64,000 nucleotides of DNA from an uncultured Pelagibacteraceae bacterium (GCA_902604695.1 CACKZT010000003.1:4685-68684), one strand, 5' to 3'. Counted from the first letter of the stretch, positions 40,201 through 49,679 are shown. Notes: generated by a model from the sequence alone, not told the origin. Numbers and translations are program-made.

Positions 40201-40908
40201 TGTGGTTGAATTTTTTTTCCAGAATAAACTAGTTAAAAGATAAAAAGTAATTACTCCTACAAAATAATTCCATTCTAATCCGTGTTTAAAGTGAATGTTT
40301 CCACTATTTATTAATAGAGGGATACTAAACAATGCCACAATAACCAATATTGAAACCAACAAAATTTTTAATTTTAAAATTTTTTCATTAAACAATTTTT
40401 GTATTTTTTCTTTTAATTTATAAAGTTCAAAAACTAACAAACTTTGGGCTATTATTTCAAATATTATAAAAGAAAGAAGAATTACTCTTCTTAAGAGTTT
40501 TAAAATCTTAGCGTCGAATTCAACACCCAATAATATACAATGAATTAATAAAAAAATTGCAGAAAGTATACCGTAAATCTTAAATTTATAATTTTTACCT
40601 TTAGTATTATTTATTAAATTAATCAACTTGTTATTTTTTGACCAATATAGAATTAAAAGCACAGAGGTTACAAACATTGCAGGTTTAAAAATTAAGTACT
40701 GCGGGAAAGTACGTGATGCTCTACTTATAGATAAACTGCCATCTAAATAAGGTATTGTAAAACCTGATCTGCCAATTTGATCTACCGAAAAAAAAGTGTT
40801 TTCAAATAGAGAGTAATTAACTGAAATAAAAAGACATAAATTAATTGCTACTAACGGAATAATAAATATCCAAGCACTCAATTTACGGATTTGAGTTATC
40901 TCCTGCAT
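40198..40908 (-). CDS. Hypothetical multi-pass membrane protein
   Basis: About 6 TM; PYLDGSLSISRASR and LEWN motifs. Confidence 0.7.
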   Translation of the reverse strand: MQEITQIRKLSAWIFIIPLVAINLCLFISVNYSLFENTFFSVDQIGRSGFTIPYLDGSLSISRASRTFPQYLIFKPAMFVTSVLLILYWSKNNKLINLINNTKGKNYKFKIYGILSAIFLLIHCILLGVEFDAKILKLLRRVILLSFIIFEIIAQSLLVFELYKLKEKIQKLFNEKILKLKILLVSILVIVALFSIPLLINSGNIHFKHGLEWNYFVGVITFYLLTSLFWKKNSTT

Positions 40909-40923
40909 TTTTAATAAATTTGA

Positions 40924-41007
40924 TTATTTTTTCTTATTTCTTTTTCTAGCTCTTCTTTTTTTTGAGCCAATCTTTCTTCTACCTCTATGTTTTTTTGGAT
41001 ATCCCAT
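40924..41007 (-). CDS. 27-aa highly basic peptide (not in ORF track), possible bS22/mS38-like ribosomal protein
   Basis: MGYPKKHRGRRKIGSKKRRARKRNKKK; AAGGAGG 7 nt upstream of the ATG. Confidence 0.7.
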   Translation of the reverse strand: MGYPKKHRGRRKIGSKKRRARKRNKKK

Positions 41008-41077
41008 AATTTTGCCTCCTTATTTATTTTATATCTAATTCAATAAAACTTATATAAAGTTCAATTATACTTATTTT

Positions 41078-42268
41078 ATGAAAAAGTCCATAAGCACATA
41101 TTTAAAACATCCCTTCAAAGACAAAGCTAATAGATCAGCAAACCCTCCGGTTATGCGTGCTTCTACAATACTATTTGACTCATTACAGGAAATAAAAAGC
41201 CATGAAAAAAAAGTTAATGCCCACAAGAAAGTCAGTCACTATAGCTATGGGAGGTATGGTAGTACAACAACAATAGAGTTGGAAAATATACTAAAAGAGT
41301 TAGAGCAAGCGTATCATGTTTTTTTAACAGGCACAGGATTTGGAGGAATAGCGCTCGCTTTAATGAGCTTATGTAGGCCAGGTGATGAAATCGTGGTGTC
41401 CGATAATGTTTATGGCCCAACGAAGGAAATTTCTGAACAACTTTTAAAAGAGTTTAATATTAATGCGAAATTTTATGATCCTGAAAATTTTGAAGATTTA
41501 AAAAACAAAGTAAATAAAAAAACAAGATTGATATTAGTTGAAAATCCAGGGAGCAATACTTTTGAATTTCAGGATCTTTCTAAGATTGTAAATCTAGCAA
41601 AAAGAAAAAATATTCTAACACTTTTAGACAATACGTGGGGCACACCTTTATACCTTAAGCCGCTTAAAATTGGATTTGACATGTCATTTTCGTCAGCAAC
41701 AAAATATTTTTCAGGCCATTCAGACGCAATGGGAGGATCTCTAGCAGTTAACAAAAAAGTCTTTAAGAAAATAATGTTTTTTTATAAATTGTCTGGATAC
41801 AGACTATCAGCTGATGAAGCTTATTTAATCATCAGAGGTTTGCGTACACTTGACGTAAGACTTAAACAACATTATGAAAATACAAAAATTATTATTAATT
41901 TCCTTAAAAAGCAAAAAAAAATTAAGCAAATACTTTATCCATACAAGCCGGCTTCCAAAAATTACAAATTGTGGAAAAAATACTATTCGGGAGCGACAGG
42001 CTTGTTGTCAATTGTTATTAAAAGCAAAAATAAATCTTCAGTAAAAAAATTTGTAAATTCATTGGAACTTTTTGGCATTGGCTATAGTTGGGGTGGTTTT
42101 GAAAGTTTGGTGATCTTACAAGAACTAAAAAAAAGAGGAGAATTTTTAAAAGAAAGGTATTTTTATAAATTTCGAGAGGATGAGCATATTGTAAGACTTC
42201 ATATAGGTCTTGAAGATCCAAAAGATTTAATTGCTGATTTAAAAAAATCTTTAAAGTATATTAAATAA
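41078..42268 (+). CDS. metC: Cystathionine beta-lyase
   Basis: NPPVMRAST, YGRYG, ENPGSNTFE, DNTW, SATKYFSGHSD, YSWGGFESL, RLHIGLED. Confidence 0.88.
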   Translation: MKKSISTYLKHPFKDKANRSANPPVMRASTILFDSLQEIKSHEKKVNAHKKVSHYSYGRYGSTTTIELENILKELEQAYHVFLTGTGFGGIALALMSLCRPGDEIVVSDNVYGPTKEISEQLLKEFNINAKFYDPENFEDLKNKVNKKTRLILVENPGSNTFEFQDLSKIVNLAKRKNILTLLDNTWGTPLYLKPLKIGFDMSFSSATKYFSGHSDAMGGSLAVNKKVFKKIMFFYKLSGYRLSADEAYLIIRGLRTLDVRLKQHYENTKIIINFLKKQKKIKQILYPYKPASKNYKLWKKYYSGATGLLSIVIKSKNKSSVKKFVNSLELFGIGYSWGGFESLVILQELKKRGEFLKERYFYKFREDEHIVRLHIGLEDPKDLIADLKKSLKYIK

Positions 42269-43488
42269 TGAAAAAATTTATTCCAAACAACCTTGCTTTA
42301 ATTACTTTACTTTCAGCTTGTAGCGTAATTTTAGTTTCTATGGGACTAAGGCAAACTTTTGGTTTATTTTTTAGTGCTTTTGAGCAAAATTTAAACTGCA
42401 CGAGAACAGAATTTGGTTTAGCTATTGGAATTCAAATGTTGTTTTGGGGATTTTTTGCACCTTTATTTGGAGTAATAGCAGATAAATTTGGAGGAAATAA
42501 AGCAGTGTTTATAGGTTTTATTATTTTTGGGGCTGGTATCTTTATGCTTTATTCCGGACCTAATACTGGAATATTTTTTCAATTAAGTTTAGGTGTTCTT
42601 GTTGGTACTGCTCTAGGAGCAACTGCAATGAGCGTTCCAGTGTCAGAAGTAGGTAAACATTTTCCTAATGAGTCAAGATCCATGGCAACAGGACTTGTTA
42701 CTGCTGCTGCTTCAGTAGGATATTTTATTTCTCCTTTATTTACCAAGTACAGTTTAGGTGTGGTCGGATGGGAAACTACTTTAAAATATTTTATGTATTT
42801 TATTTTATTTGGTTTAGTTGCTTCTATATTTCTTCTACCAAAAAAAGATATTAATCATAATTTAAAAAATTCAGGACAAAACCAAACCTTTACTTCAGCC
42901 TTAAAAGAAGCTTTTTCTCATAGAGGATACAATTTATTAGTTGCAGGTTTTTTTGTTTGTGGATTTCAAATAACTTTAGTAGCTACTCATATACCTGGTT
43001 ATATGCAAGATAGAGGTATGGGTGGCTGGTCAGCAACCATAATACTAGCTTTAATTGGTTTATTTAATATAGTCGGAACTTTAGGAATGGGCTATCTGGG
43101 CACAAAGTATAGTAAAAAAATACTTTTAAGTATTTTGTATTTTGCTAGAGCAATAGTAATTGGCATTTTTATTTTCTTACCTCCATCATTATACACTTCT
43201 ATTTTTTTTGGAATAACTTTTGGTGTGCTCTGGTTATCTACTGTTCCACCAACTAATGGAATAGTTGCTCAAATATTTGGAACGAAGTACTTAAGCACTC
43301 TTTTTGGAATAGTTTTTTTAAGTCACCAATTTGGCTCTTTTGCAGGGGCACTTCTTGGAGGGTACTTTTACGATATTTATGGTTCTTATGATTACGCTTG
43401 GTATATAGCTATTGCACTTTCTATTTTTGCCACTTTAGTTCACCTCCCAATAGACGAAAAACCAATCATAAGAATAAAAACAGCTTGA
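42268..43488 (+). CDS. MFS transporter
   Basis: G..ADKFG motif A, GFFVCGF, WLSTVPPT, HQFGSF; about 12 TM. Confidence 0.9.
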   Translation: MKKFIPNNLALITLLSACSVILVSMGLRQTFGLFFSAFEQNLNCTRTEFGLAIGIQMLFWGFFAPLFGVIADKFGGNKAVFIGFIIFGAGIFMLYSGPNTGIFFQLSLGVLVGTALGATAMSVPVSEVGKHFPNESRSMATGLVTAAASVGYFISPLFTKYSLGVVGWETTLKYFMYFILFGLVASIFLLPKKDINHNLKNSGQNQTFTSALKEAFSHRGYNLLVAGFFVCGFQITLVATHIPGYMQDRGMGGWSATIILALIGLFNIVGTLGMGYLGTKYSKKILLSILYFARAIVIGIFIFLPPSLYTSIFFGITFGVLWLSTVPPTNGIVAQIFGTKYLSTLFGIVFLSHQFGSFAGALLGGYFYDIYGSYDYAWYIAIALSIFATLVHLPIDEKPIIRIKTA

Positions 43489-43633
43489 AGTTGTATTTTG
43501 AGTCTGTAAGTGAATCAAACATGAATCAAAAGGTGAACATTGATGTTTGAGGTAACTCAATATGTGGACAAATATATCATTTGCTTTTTTTATCACCTAT
43601 TTATAATCTTAAAAAATAACTGAAAGGAAAAAT

Positions 43634-44302
43634 ATGTTTTCAAAAGAATTAAATCAAAAATTAGATAGATACCATTTGTTAAAACACCCTTTTTATCAAA
43701 TTTTTTGGAACGAGGGAAAATTAACAAGAGAAATTATTAAAGATTATGCTGAGCAATACTACCAGCATGTAAAAGCTTTTCCTAGATACATAAGCGCAAC
43801 CCATTCGATCTGTGATGATATTGAAAAAAGAAAAATTCTTTTGGAAAATTTACAAGATGAAGAAAATGTTAATGGAGATCACCCTAAACTTTGGAAAAAC
43901 TTTGCTAAAGCAATGGGATCTGATGTAAAAAAAATTGATGAAATTAAGCCTGATTGGTTTACAAAAGATATGATAGATAATTTTTTCGCTCAAGCTCGTT
44001 CATCTTATGCAGAAGGGTTGGCATCTTTATATACATACGAAAGACAAATTCCTGAAATCGCTGAAACAAAAATTCAAGGATTAAAAAAATTCTATGGAGT
44101 AAATTCAACAGAAGGACTAGAATTTTTTGAAGCTCATAAATCAGCTGATGTTGTTCATAGAGCCGAATGCGAAAAACTACTAGATGCGCTGTCTGCTAAC
44201 GAACAGAAGAAAGCTGAAAAAGCTTCAATGCTAACAGCTAGATATTTATGGAATTTCTTAAGCGGCATGACTTCTAAGCATAAACTTCAGCAAGCAGCTT
44301 AA
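43634..44302 (+). CDS. CADD family heme-oxygenase-like dimetal oxidase (putative self-sacrificing pABA synthase)
   Basis: LLKHPFY, FPRYISATHS, ENLQDEE..H, YERQIPEIAETKIQGL, FFEAH..D..H. Confidence 0.85.
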   Translation: MFSKELNQKLDRYHLLKHPFYQIFWNEGKLTREIIKDYAEQYYQHVKAFPRYISATHSICDDIEKRKILLENLQDEENVNGDHPKLWKNFAKAMGSDVKKIDEIKPDWFTKDMIDNFFAQARSSYAEGLASLYTYERQIPEIAETKIQGLKKFYGVNSTEGLEFFEAHKSADVVHRAECEKLLDALSANEQKKAEKASMLTARYLWNFLSGMTSKHKLQQAA

Positions 44303-44316
44303 AACGTTACATAAAA

Positions 44317-44694
44317 ATGAAAAATGATAATCATGTTTGGGATAACAAACATCCGACTGCCCAAATGTTAGGACGCTGGCAACCTTGGCACCAAGGACAC
44401 CAAAAACTTTTTGAAGAGATACTAAAAAAAACTGGTCAAGTTAACATTATGGTTCGTGATGTTAAGGGGGTCGAAGATAATCCTTTTGATTTCGAAACTG
44501 TAAAAAAAAATATATTCAATGCTTTAAAAGATTATAAAAATAGAATTAAAATAACTTTAGTCCCGAATATAACTAACATATGCTATGGAAGAGGCGTCGG
44601 TTATAAAATTGAAGAAATTGTTTTGGACGAAAAAACTCAACAAATATCTGCAACTAAAATTAGAGAGCAGATGAGAAAAGATGGTAAACTATAG
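44317..44694 (+). CDS. Small HxGH-superfamily nucleotidyltransferase (cytidylyltransferase-like)
   Basis: MLGRWQPWHQGH, NPF, YGRGVGY, ISATKIR. Confidence 0.8.
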   Translation: MKNDNHVWDNKHPTAQMLGRWQPWHQGHQKLFEEILKKTGQVNIMVRDVKGVEDNPFDFETVKKNIFNALKDYKNRIKITLVPNITNICYGRGVGYKIEEIVLDEKTQQISATKIREQMRKDGKL

Positions 44695-44698
44695 CAGT

Positions 44699-44745
44699 TG
44701 AGAACTGTTCTCACTTGACCTGCTTCTAAGTGAAATATATAAAAT
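44699..44745 (+). promoter_or_regulatory. 7-1-7 palindrome abutting the putative aprM promoter
   Basis: TGAGAAC-T-GTTCTCA (44699-44713), then TTGACC (44715-20), 17 bp, TATAAA(AT). Confidence 0.6.
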
Positions 44746-44772
44746 AAATAAATCAAGGGAGATAATAACATT

Positions 44773-45567
44773 ATGTTTTACAACAATCCATTTTCTGCGT
44801 TAGCAGAAATAGTATCGCCACTAGCCATACAAGGGTTTACTCTATTGATGGTTGGTTTGGTAGTTATTGGAACCTTAATGGACATAATTCATAAAAAAAA
44901 TGTTAAGTATTTTTTTAACAACGCAAAAAAAGCAAAAAAAAATGCTAAAATTGAACTTTCAGCTAGTCAAAGGACTTCAGTAATTTTAAAAACTGTTGCA
45001 CATGATATTGCAACTACTGCTGAACTTGGTAGAGGCAAAAGAAGAGTTGCACATGTCTTAGGAATGTACGGCACAATAATTTTTTGGATCACGTCTGCTT
45101 TATTAATATTTTCTTATCCAATCGCAGGCTCTTCAACCCCTTCAATTATCACAATAATGTGGCATGCTGGAGCAATAATTACTTGCATTGGAGGTTATTG
45201 GTTTTGGTTTTTTCTAAGAGTAGATGTTTTAGCTGAAGCGCATCCTTGGTATAGAATAATTAAAGCAGATTTATTTGTTTTAGCCCTTTTAGCCTGTGCT
45301 ACATTTGGCTTGGCTTGGTCATTCACTCAATATTCTGGCATGAAAGTTTCAAGTTATTTATTTCTCACATTATATATATTTTCTAATTTAATTTTGTTTG
45401 GAGGTGTTTATTGGTCTAAATTTGCACATATGTTTTATAAGCCCGGAGCTGCAATTCAAAAGAATTTAGCTGAGGCCGACGGTTCTAGAGACAATTTGCC
45501 TCCTCCAGCTGAAGCACCGCAACAATTTGGGTTGGGTATAAAAAGAGAACAACCAAAGCATTATTAA
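44773..45567 (+). CDS. aprM: APS reductase membrane anchor
   Basis: H..GMYG, YWFWFFLRVDV, WSKFAHMFYKPGAA; directly upstream of aprBA. Confidence 0.9.
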   Translation: MFYNNPFSALAEIVSPLAIQGFTLLMVGLVVIGTLMDIIHKKNVKYFFNNAKKAKKNAKIELSASQRTSVILKTVAHDIATTAELGRGKRRVAHVLGMYGTIIFWITSALLIFSYPIAGSSTPSIITIMWHAGAIITCIGGYWFWFFLRVDVLAEAHPWYRIIKADLFVLALLACATFGLAWSFTQYSGMKVSSYLFLTLYIFSNLILFGGVYWSKFAHMFYKPGAAIQKNLAEADGSRDNLPPPAEAPQQFGLGIKREQPKHY

Positions 45568-45607
45568 GAAATTTATGTTAAAAACTTTTGGAGAAAAAAA
45601 ATAAATT

Positions 45608-46078
45608 ATGTCAACTTTTGTATACATGACTCGTTGTGATGGATGTGGCCACTGCGTGGATATTTGTCCGTCAGATATAATGCATATAGATGAAACAATT
45701 AGACGTGCAAAAAATATTGAACCTAATTTTTGCTGGGAATGTTACTCATGCGTAAAAGCTTGTCCAAATCATGCAATAGATGTTAGAGGATACGCAGATT
45801 TTGCGCCTATGGGACACAGTGTTAGAGTTAGACGTGAAGAAGAAAAAGGAACTATTTCTTGGAGAATAAAATTTAGAAACGGCACTGAAAAAAACTTTGT
45901 ATCACCAATCACAACAAAACCTTGGGGAAAATTTATTCCAAAACTTTCAGAAGAAGATAAACCTAACCAAGGAGAGATATCAACTCAAAGACTTTATACT
46001 GAACCCAATGGATTAAATATTGATGGAGATCTTCCAACCATTAGCAAAGATACATTTAAGAAGGGTGTCTATTATTAA
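45608..46078 (+). CDS. aprB: Adenylylsulfate reductase beta subunit
   Basis: CDGCGHCVDICPSDIM, CWECYSCVKACP, RGYADF. Confidence 0.96.
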   Translation: MSTFVYMTRCDGCGHCVDICPSDIMHIDETIRRAKNIEPNFCWECYSCVKACPNHAIDVRGYADFAPMGHSVRVRREEEKGTISWRIKFRNGTEKNFVSPITTKPWGKFIPKLSEEDKPNQGEISTQRLYTEPNGLNIDGDLPTISKDTFKKGVYY

Positions 46079-47937
46079 TGGCTAAAGTCAAAACACATTT
46101 TGAAGAAAGCGATATACTTATTGTCGGCGGAGGTATGGCTGGTACTGGAGCTACTTTTGAGGCTAGACATTGGGGAAGAGATCTAAAGATTGTTTGTGTT
46201 GAAAAAGCAAATATTGATCGTAGTGGAGCTGTAGCCCAAGGTCTTTACGCAATTAATTGTTATATGGGAATGCAATGGAATGAAAACCAACCAGAAGATC
46301 ATGTAAGGTATGCACGAAATGATCTAATGGGAATGGTAAGAGAAGATCTCGGTTACGATATGGCAAGACACGTTGACTCAACCGTACATATGTTTGACGA
46401 ATGGGGTTTGCCAATGATGAAAAATGAAAAAACTGGAAGATATCTTAGAGAAGGTAAATGGCAGATAATGATTCATGGAGAGAGTTATAAACCAATAGTT
46501 GCCGAAGCTGCAAAAAAATCTGCAGATAAAATTTATAACAGAATAATGATCACTCATCTCTTAATGGACGATGAAAAAGAAAATAGAATAGGTGGAGCAG
46601 TTGGTTTCAATATGAGAACTGGTGATTACCACGTGTTCAGAGCTAAAACAGTAATAGTGGCAGCAGGCGGAGCATCTCATATTTTTAAACCAAGAGCAGT
46701 TGGAGAAGGTATGGGAAGAACTTGGTACGCTCCTTGGAGTAATGGATCAGCCTATGCATTACCTATAGCTGTTGGGGCGAAAATGACTCAAATGGAAAAC
46801 AGAATTGTATTGTGTAGATTTAAAGATGGTTACGGCCCAGTCGGAGCTTACTTTCTGCATTTAAAAACTTACACGCAAAATGCCAACGGCGAGAATTATG
46901 AAAAAAAATGGTATGATCACACTAAAGAAATGGTTGGGGAATATATAGATCATCATCCTACCCCAACTTGTTTACGTAACCACGCTTTTATTCAAGAAGT
47001 TCAGGCTGGAGGTGGACCTATTCATATGGTTACTAAAGAAGCATTTCAAGACCCTCATTTAGAAACTGTGGGTTGGGAGAATTTTTTGGGTATGACAGTT
47101 GGTCAAGCAGTAGTTTGGGCTTCTCAAAATATTGATCCAAAATACACAAATCCAGAGCTTACCACATCAGAACCTTACGTTATGGGTTCTCACGCGACAT
47201 GTTCTGGCGCATGGGTGAGCGGTCCAGAAGATTTATCTCCACCAGAATATTTTTGGGGATATAATAGAATGTTAACAGTTGAAGGTTTATTTGGTGCTGG
47301 AGACACTGTAGGTGGAAGTGCACATAAATTTTCATCTGGTTCATTCACAGAAGGGCGTTTGGCAGCCAAAGCAGCTGTAAAATATATCAAAGACAAAAAA
47401 GCAGAAGGTTTAAAAGTAAGCGATAAACAATGTGAAAATCTTAAAGAAATTATTTACAAACCATTAGAAAATTATACTGTTGGAAGAAACGAAATAACTG
47501 GGGGAACAGTTTCACCAAGCTATATTTCACCAATTCAAGGACTGCAAAGACTTCAAAGAATTATGGATGAGTATGTTGGCGGAATAGCAACAAATTATAT
47601 GACTAATGAAAATATGCTTAATAGAGGTCTCGAATTATTGAAATGGTTAGAAGAAGATTTGGAAAATGTAGGTGCTGAAGACTATCATCAACTTATGAGG
47701 GCTTGGGAGTTAAAACACAGAACCATAACCTCTCAATGCGTTACAGAACATACTAAATTTCGAGAAGAAACTCGTTGGCCTGGATACTATTACCGTGGAG
47801 ACCATCTTAAACTAGATGACAAGAACTGGCATTGTTTGACAGTTTCAAAACGAGACCCAAAAACTAAAAAGTTTACCATGGAGAAAGTACCTGTTTATCA
47901 TATTGTAGATGATAAAAAGGAAAAAAAAGCTTCATAA
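46078..47937 (+). CDS. aprA: Adenylylsulfate reductase alpha subunit
   Basis: RSGAVAQGL.AIN, WQIMIHGESYK, RFKDGYGPVGA, HKFSSGSFTEGR, REETRWPGYYYR. Confidence 0.97.
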   Translation: MAKVKTHFEESDILIVGGGMAGTGATFEARHWGRDLKIVCVEKANIDRSGAVAQGLYAINCYMGMQWNENQPEDHVRYARNDLMGMVREDLGYDMARHVDSTVHMFDEWGLPMMKNEKTGRYLREGKWQIMIHGESYKPIVAEAAKKSADKIYNRIMITHLLMDDEKENRIGGAVGFNMRTGDYHVFRAKTVIVAAGGASHIFKPRAVGEGMGRTWYAPWSNGSAYALPIAVGAKMTQMENRIVLCRFKDGYGPVGAYFLHLKTYTQNANGENYEKKWYDHTKEMVGEYIDHHPTPTCLRNHAFIQEVQAGGGPIHMVTKEAFQDPHLETVGWENFLGMTVGQAVVWASQNIDPKYTNPELTTSEPYVMGSHATCSGAWVSGPEDLSPPEYFWGYNRMLTVEGLFGAGDTVGGSAHKFSSGSFTEGRLAAKAAVKYIKDKKAEGLKVSDKQCENLKEIIYKPLENYTVGRNEITGGTVSPSYISPIQGLQRLQRIMDEYVGGIATNYMTNENMLNRGLELLKWLEEDLENVGAEDYHQLMRAWELKHRTITSQCVTEHTKFREETRWPGYYYRGDHLKLDDKNWHCLTVSKRDPKTKKFTMEKVPVYHIVDDKKEKKAS

Positions 47938-47943
47938 AGTTTA

Positions 47944-48294
47944 ATGAAGTTATTAGATAAATCTGACAAAGAAATTTTAAAAATTGCTCAACCAATCTGG
48001 GACAATTTGATTAAATCATCAAATATAAAAGATTACGGTGGATTTACTAAAGATTTTTCCTCACAAATGCTTTATGGCGCAAGTGAAGTAGAGTTGGGAA
48101 AACAATGGGCCAACAACAAATTACTTACCAGTCTCTCAGAAAATCAAGAATTTTTAGGCTGTATTAAAAGAGATCAATTTGTAACAGTACTTTATAAACA
48201 AACTAGCAACACCGTTAAGGGAGAATTTCTTGGTCGGCTTGTGCTTGGAATTGAAGATGAGTCAGTTAAAGTTTTTGGAGCAACCATCTATTAG
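47944..48294 (+). CDS. Hypothetical protein (NTF2/DUF3887-like)
   Basis: 6 nt after aprA; DYGGFTKDFS and EFLGRLVL pattern. Confidence 0.6.
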   Translation: MKLLDKSDKEILKIAQPIWDNLIKSSNIKDYGGFTKDFSSQMLYGASEVELGKQWANNKLLTSLSENQEFLGCIKRDQFVTVLYKQTSNTVKGEFLGRLVLGIEDESVKVFGATIY

Positions 48295-48355
48295 GTGCGT
48301 CAAGTTGTCAAAAAATAATTTTTGATAAATAAAAAACATATGTTAAATATGATTA

Positions 48356-48490
48356 ATGCCTTCTTCTAATATTAATCAAAAATTTAAACTTAAATTAGTA
48401 AATTTTTTTAATATTAAATTATTCCTTCACGTTGGACTCACAGCATTTTGGGCAGTTATTCTTACAGGAACCTTTATAACTTTTTTTTAG
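48356..48490 (+). CDS. Possible 44-aa single-TM peptide (not in ORF track)
   Basis: MPSSNINQKFKLKLVNFFNIKLFLHVGLTAFWAVILTGTFITFF; fills an otherwise long intergenic region. Confidence 0.4.
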   Translation: MPSSNINQKFKLKLVNFFNIKLFLHVGLTAFWAVILTGTFITFF

Positions 48491-48570
48491 GTTAAATATT
48501 CAAATAAAAGCTTGTTTTTTAAAGCCTATCTACTTATTGACATAATAATTTAAGAGGCATACTTAGATGT

Positions 48571-49677
48571 ATGTTAGAAATTTATCTGCCAATAGCTCAA
48601 GTTAACGTAGATATTTTTTTATTACTTTTTGTCAGTTTATCAGTAGGAATCTTATCAGGATTATTTGGGGTTGGCGGAGGATTTTTGATGACCCCTTTCT
48701 TAATTTTTATGGGCATTCCTCCAGTTTACGCTGTCCCCAATGAAGTAAATAATATTTTAGCCACTTCAGTTTCAGGATCGCTCACTCATTGGTTTAAAAA
48801 TACATTAGATTACAAAATGGGACTGCTTATGGTTTCTGGGGGTGTGATAGGGACTCTTCTAGGAATAACTACTTTTACTTATTTTACAGAAATTGGAAAA
48901 ATAAGTTTAATTATTTCATTATTATATATGTACTTGTTGGCAATAGTAGGTACTTTAATGATTATAGAGGGTGTAAAAGAAGTAGATCAAGCAAGAAAAA
49001 AAATTATTATTAAAAAAAAACTACACCAACATAATTGGTTTCAAGGCCTTCCACTAAGAATGAGATTTCCAAAATCAAAACTCTATGAAAGTGCTCTTGT
49101 GCCGATATTATTAGGATTAACAGTAGGTTTTGTTGCCGCTATGATGGGTATAGGTGGAGCTTTTTTAATGGTACCTGCAATGATTTATATTGTTGGTATG
49201 CCAATAAAATTGATACCTGGAACATCTTTGTTTGTGACTATATTCATTAGTGCAATTGTGACAATTCTCCATGCATTTAATTATGGATCAATTGATTTAA
49301 CATTAGTAATTCCTTTAATTCTTGGCTCAATTCTTGGAGTTCAATTAGGACAAAAATTAGGCCAATATTTAGACAGTTCACATTTAAAAACATTGTTTGC
49401 GATGTTGCTCTGTGTTGTCGCTGTGGCAATAGCTTATGACTCTTTCTTCAGAGAGAAAGTAGACATAAATATTAATCAAAAAATAATTAATACTGACCTT
49501 AATTTTTTTGCTGAATTTACATTAAAATTTTCTAATGATGCTCCGGTACTTTATGGTGCCTTCGCTATTCTTTTAGCAATAGGGTTGGGGGCATTCGCGG
49601 CATGGTTAAGGAAATTAATAAGTGATTTTCGTAAAAAGAAAGTAAAAAAAGAAGAAGTAAAATTTCCTGTTAAATAA
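48571..49677 (+). CDS. TauE/SafE family sulfite exporter with C-terminal extension
   Basis: IYLPIA, GLFGVGGGFLMTP, MGIGGAFLMVPAMIY, GTSLF. Confidence 0.88.
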   Translation: MLEIYLPIAQVNVDIFLLLFVSLSVGILSGLFGVGGGFLMTPFLIFMGIPPVYAVPNEVNNILATSVSGSLTHWFKNTLDYKMGLLMVSGGVIGTLLGITTFTYFTEIGKISLIISLLYMYLLAIVGTLMIIEGVKEVDQARKKIIIKKKLHQHNWFQGLPLRMRFPKSKLYESALVPILLGLTVGFVAAMMGIGGAFLMVPAMIYIVGMPIKLIPGTSLFVTIFISAIVTILHAFNYGSIDLTLVIPLILGSILGVQLGQKLGQYLDSSHLKTLFAMLLCVVAVAIAYDSFFREKVDININQKIINTDLNFFAEFTLKFSNDAPVLYGAFAILLAIGLGAFAAWLRKLISDFRKKKVKKEEVKFPVK

Positions 49678-49679
49678 AT

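Noticed and set aside
43634-44302. PqqC or TenA assignment
   Set aside because: No pqq or thiamine genes adjacent; motifs match the CADD subfamily
44773-47937. Dissimilatory sulfate reduction
   Set aside because: The AprM anchor marks the oxidative lineage; no qmo or dsr genes; context is sulfonate desulfonation
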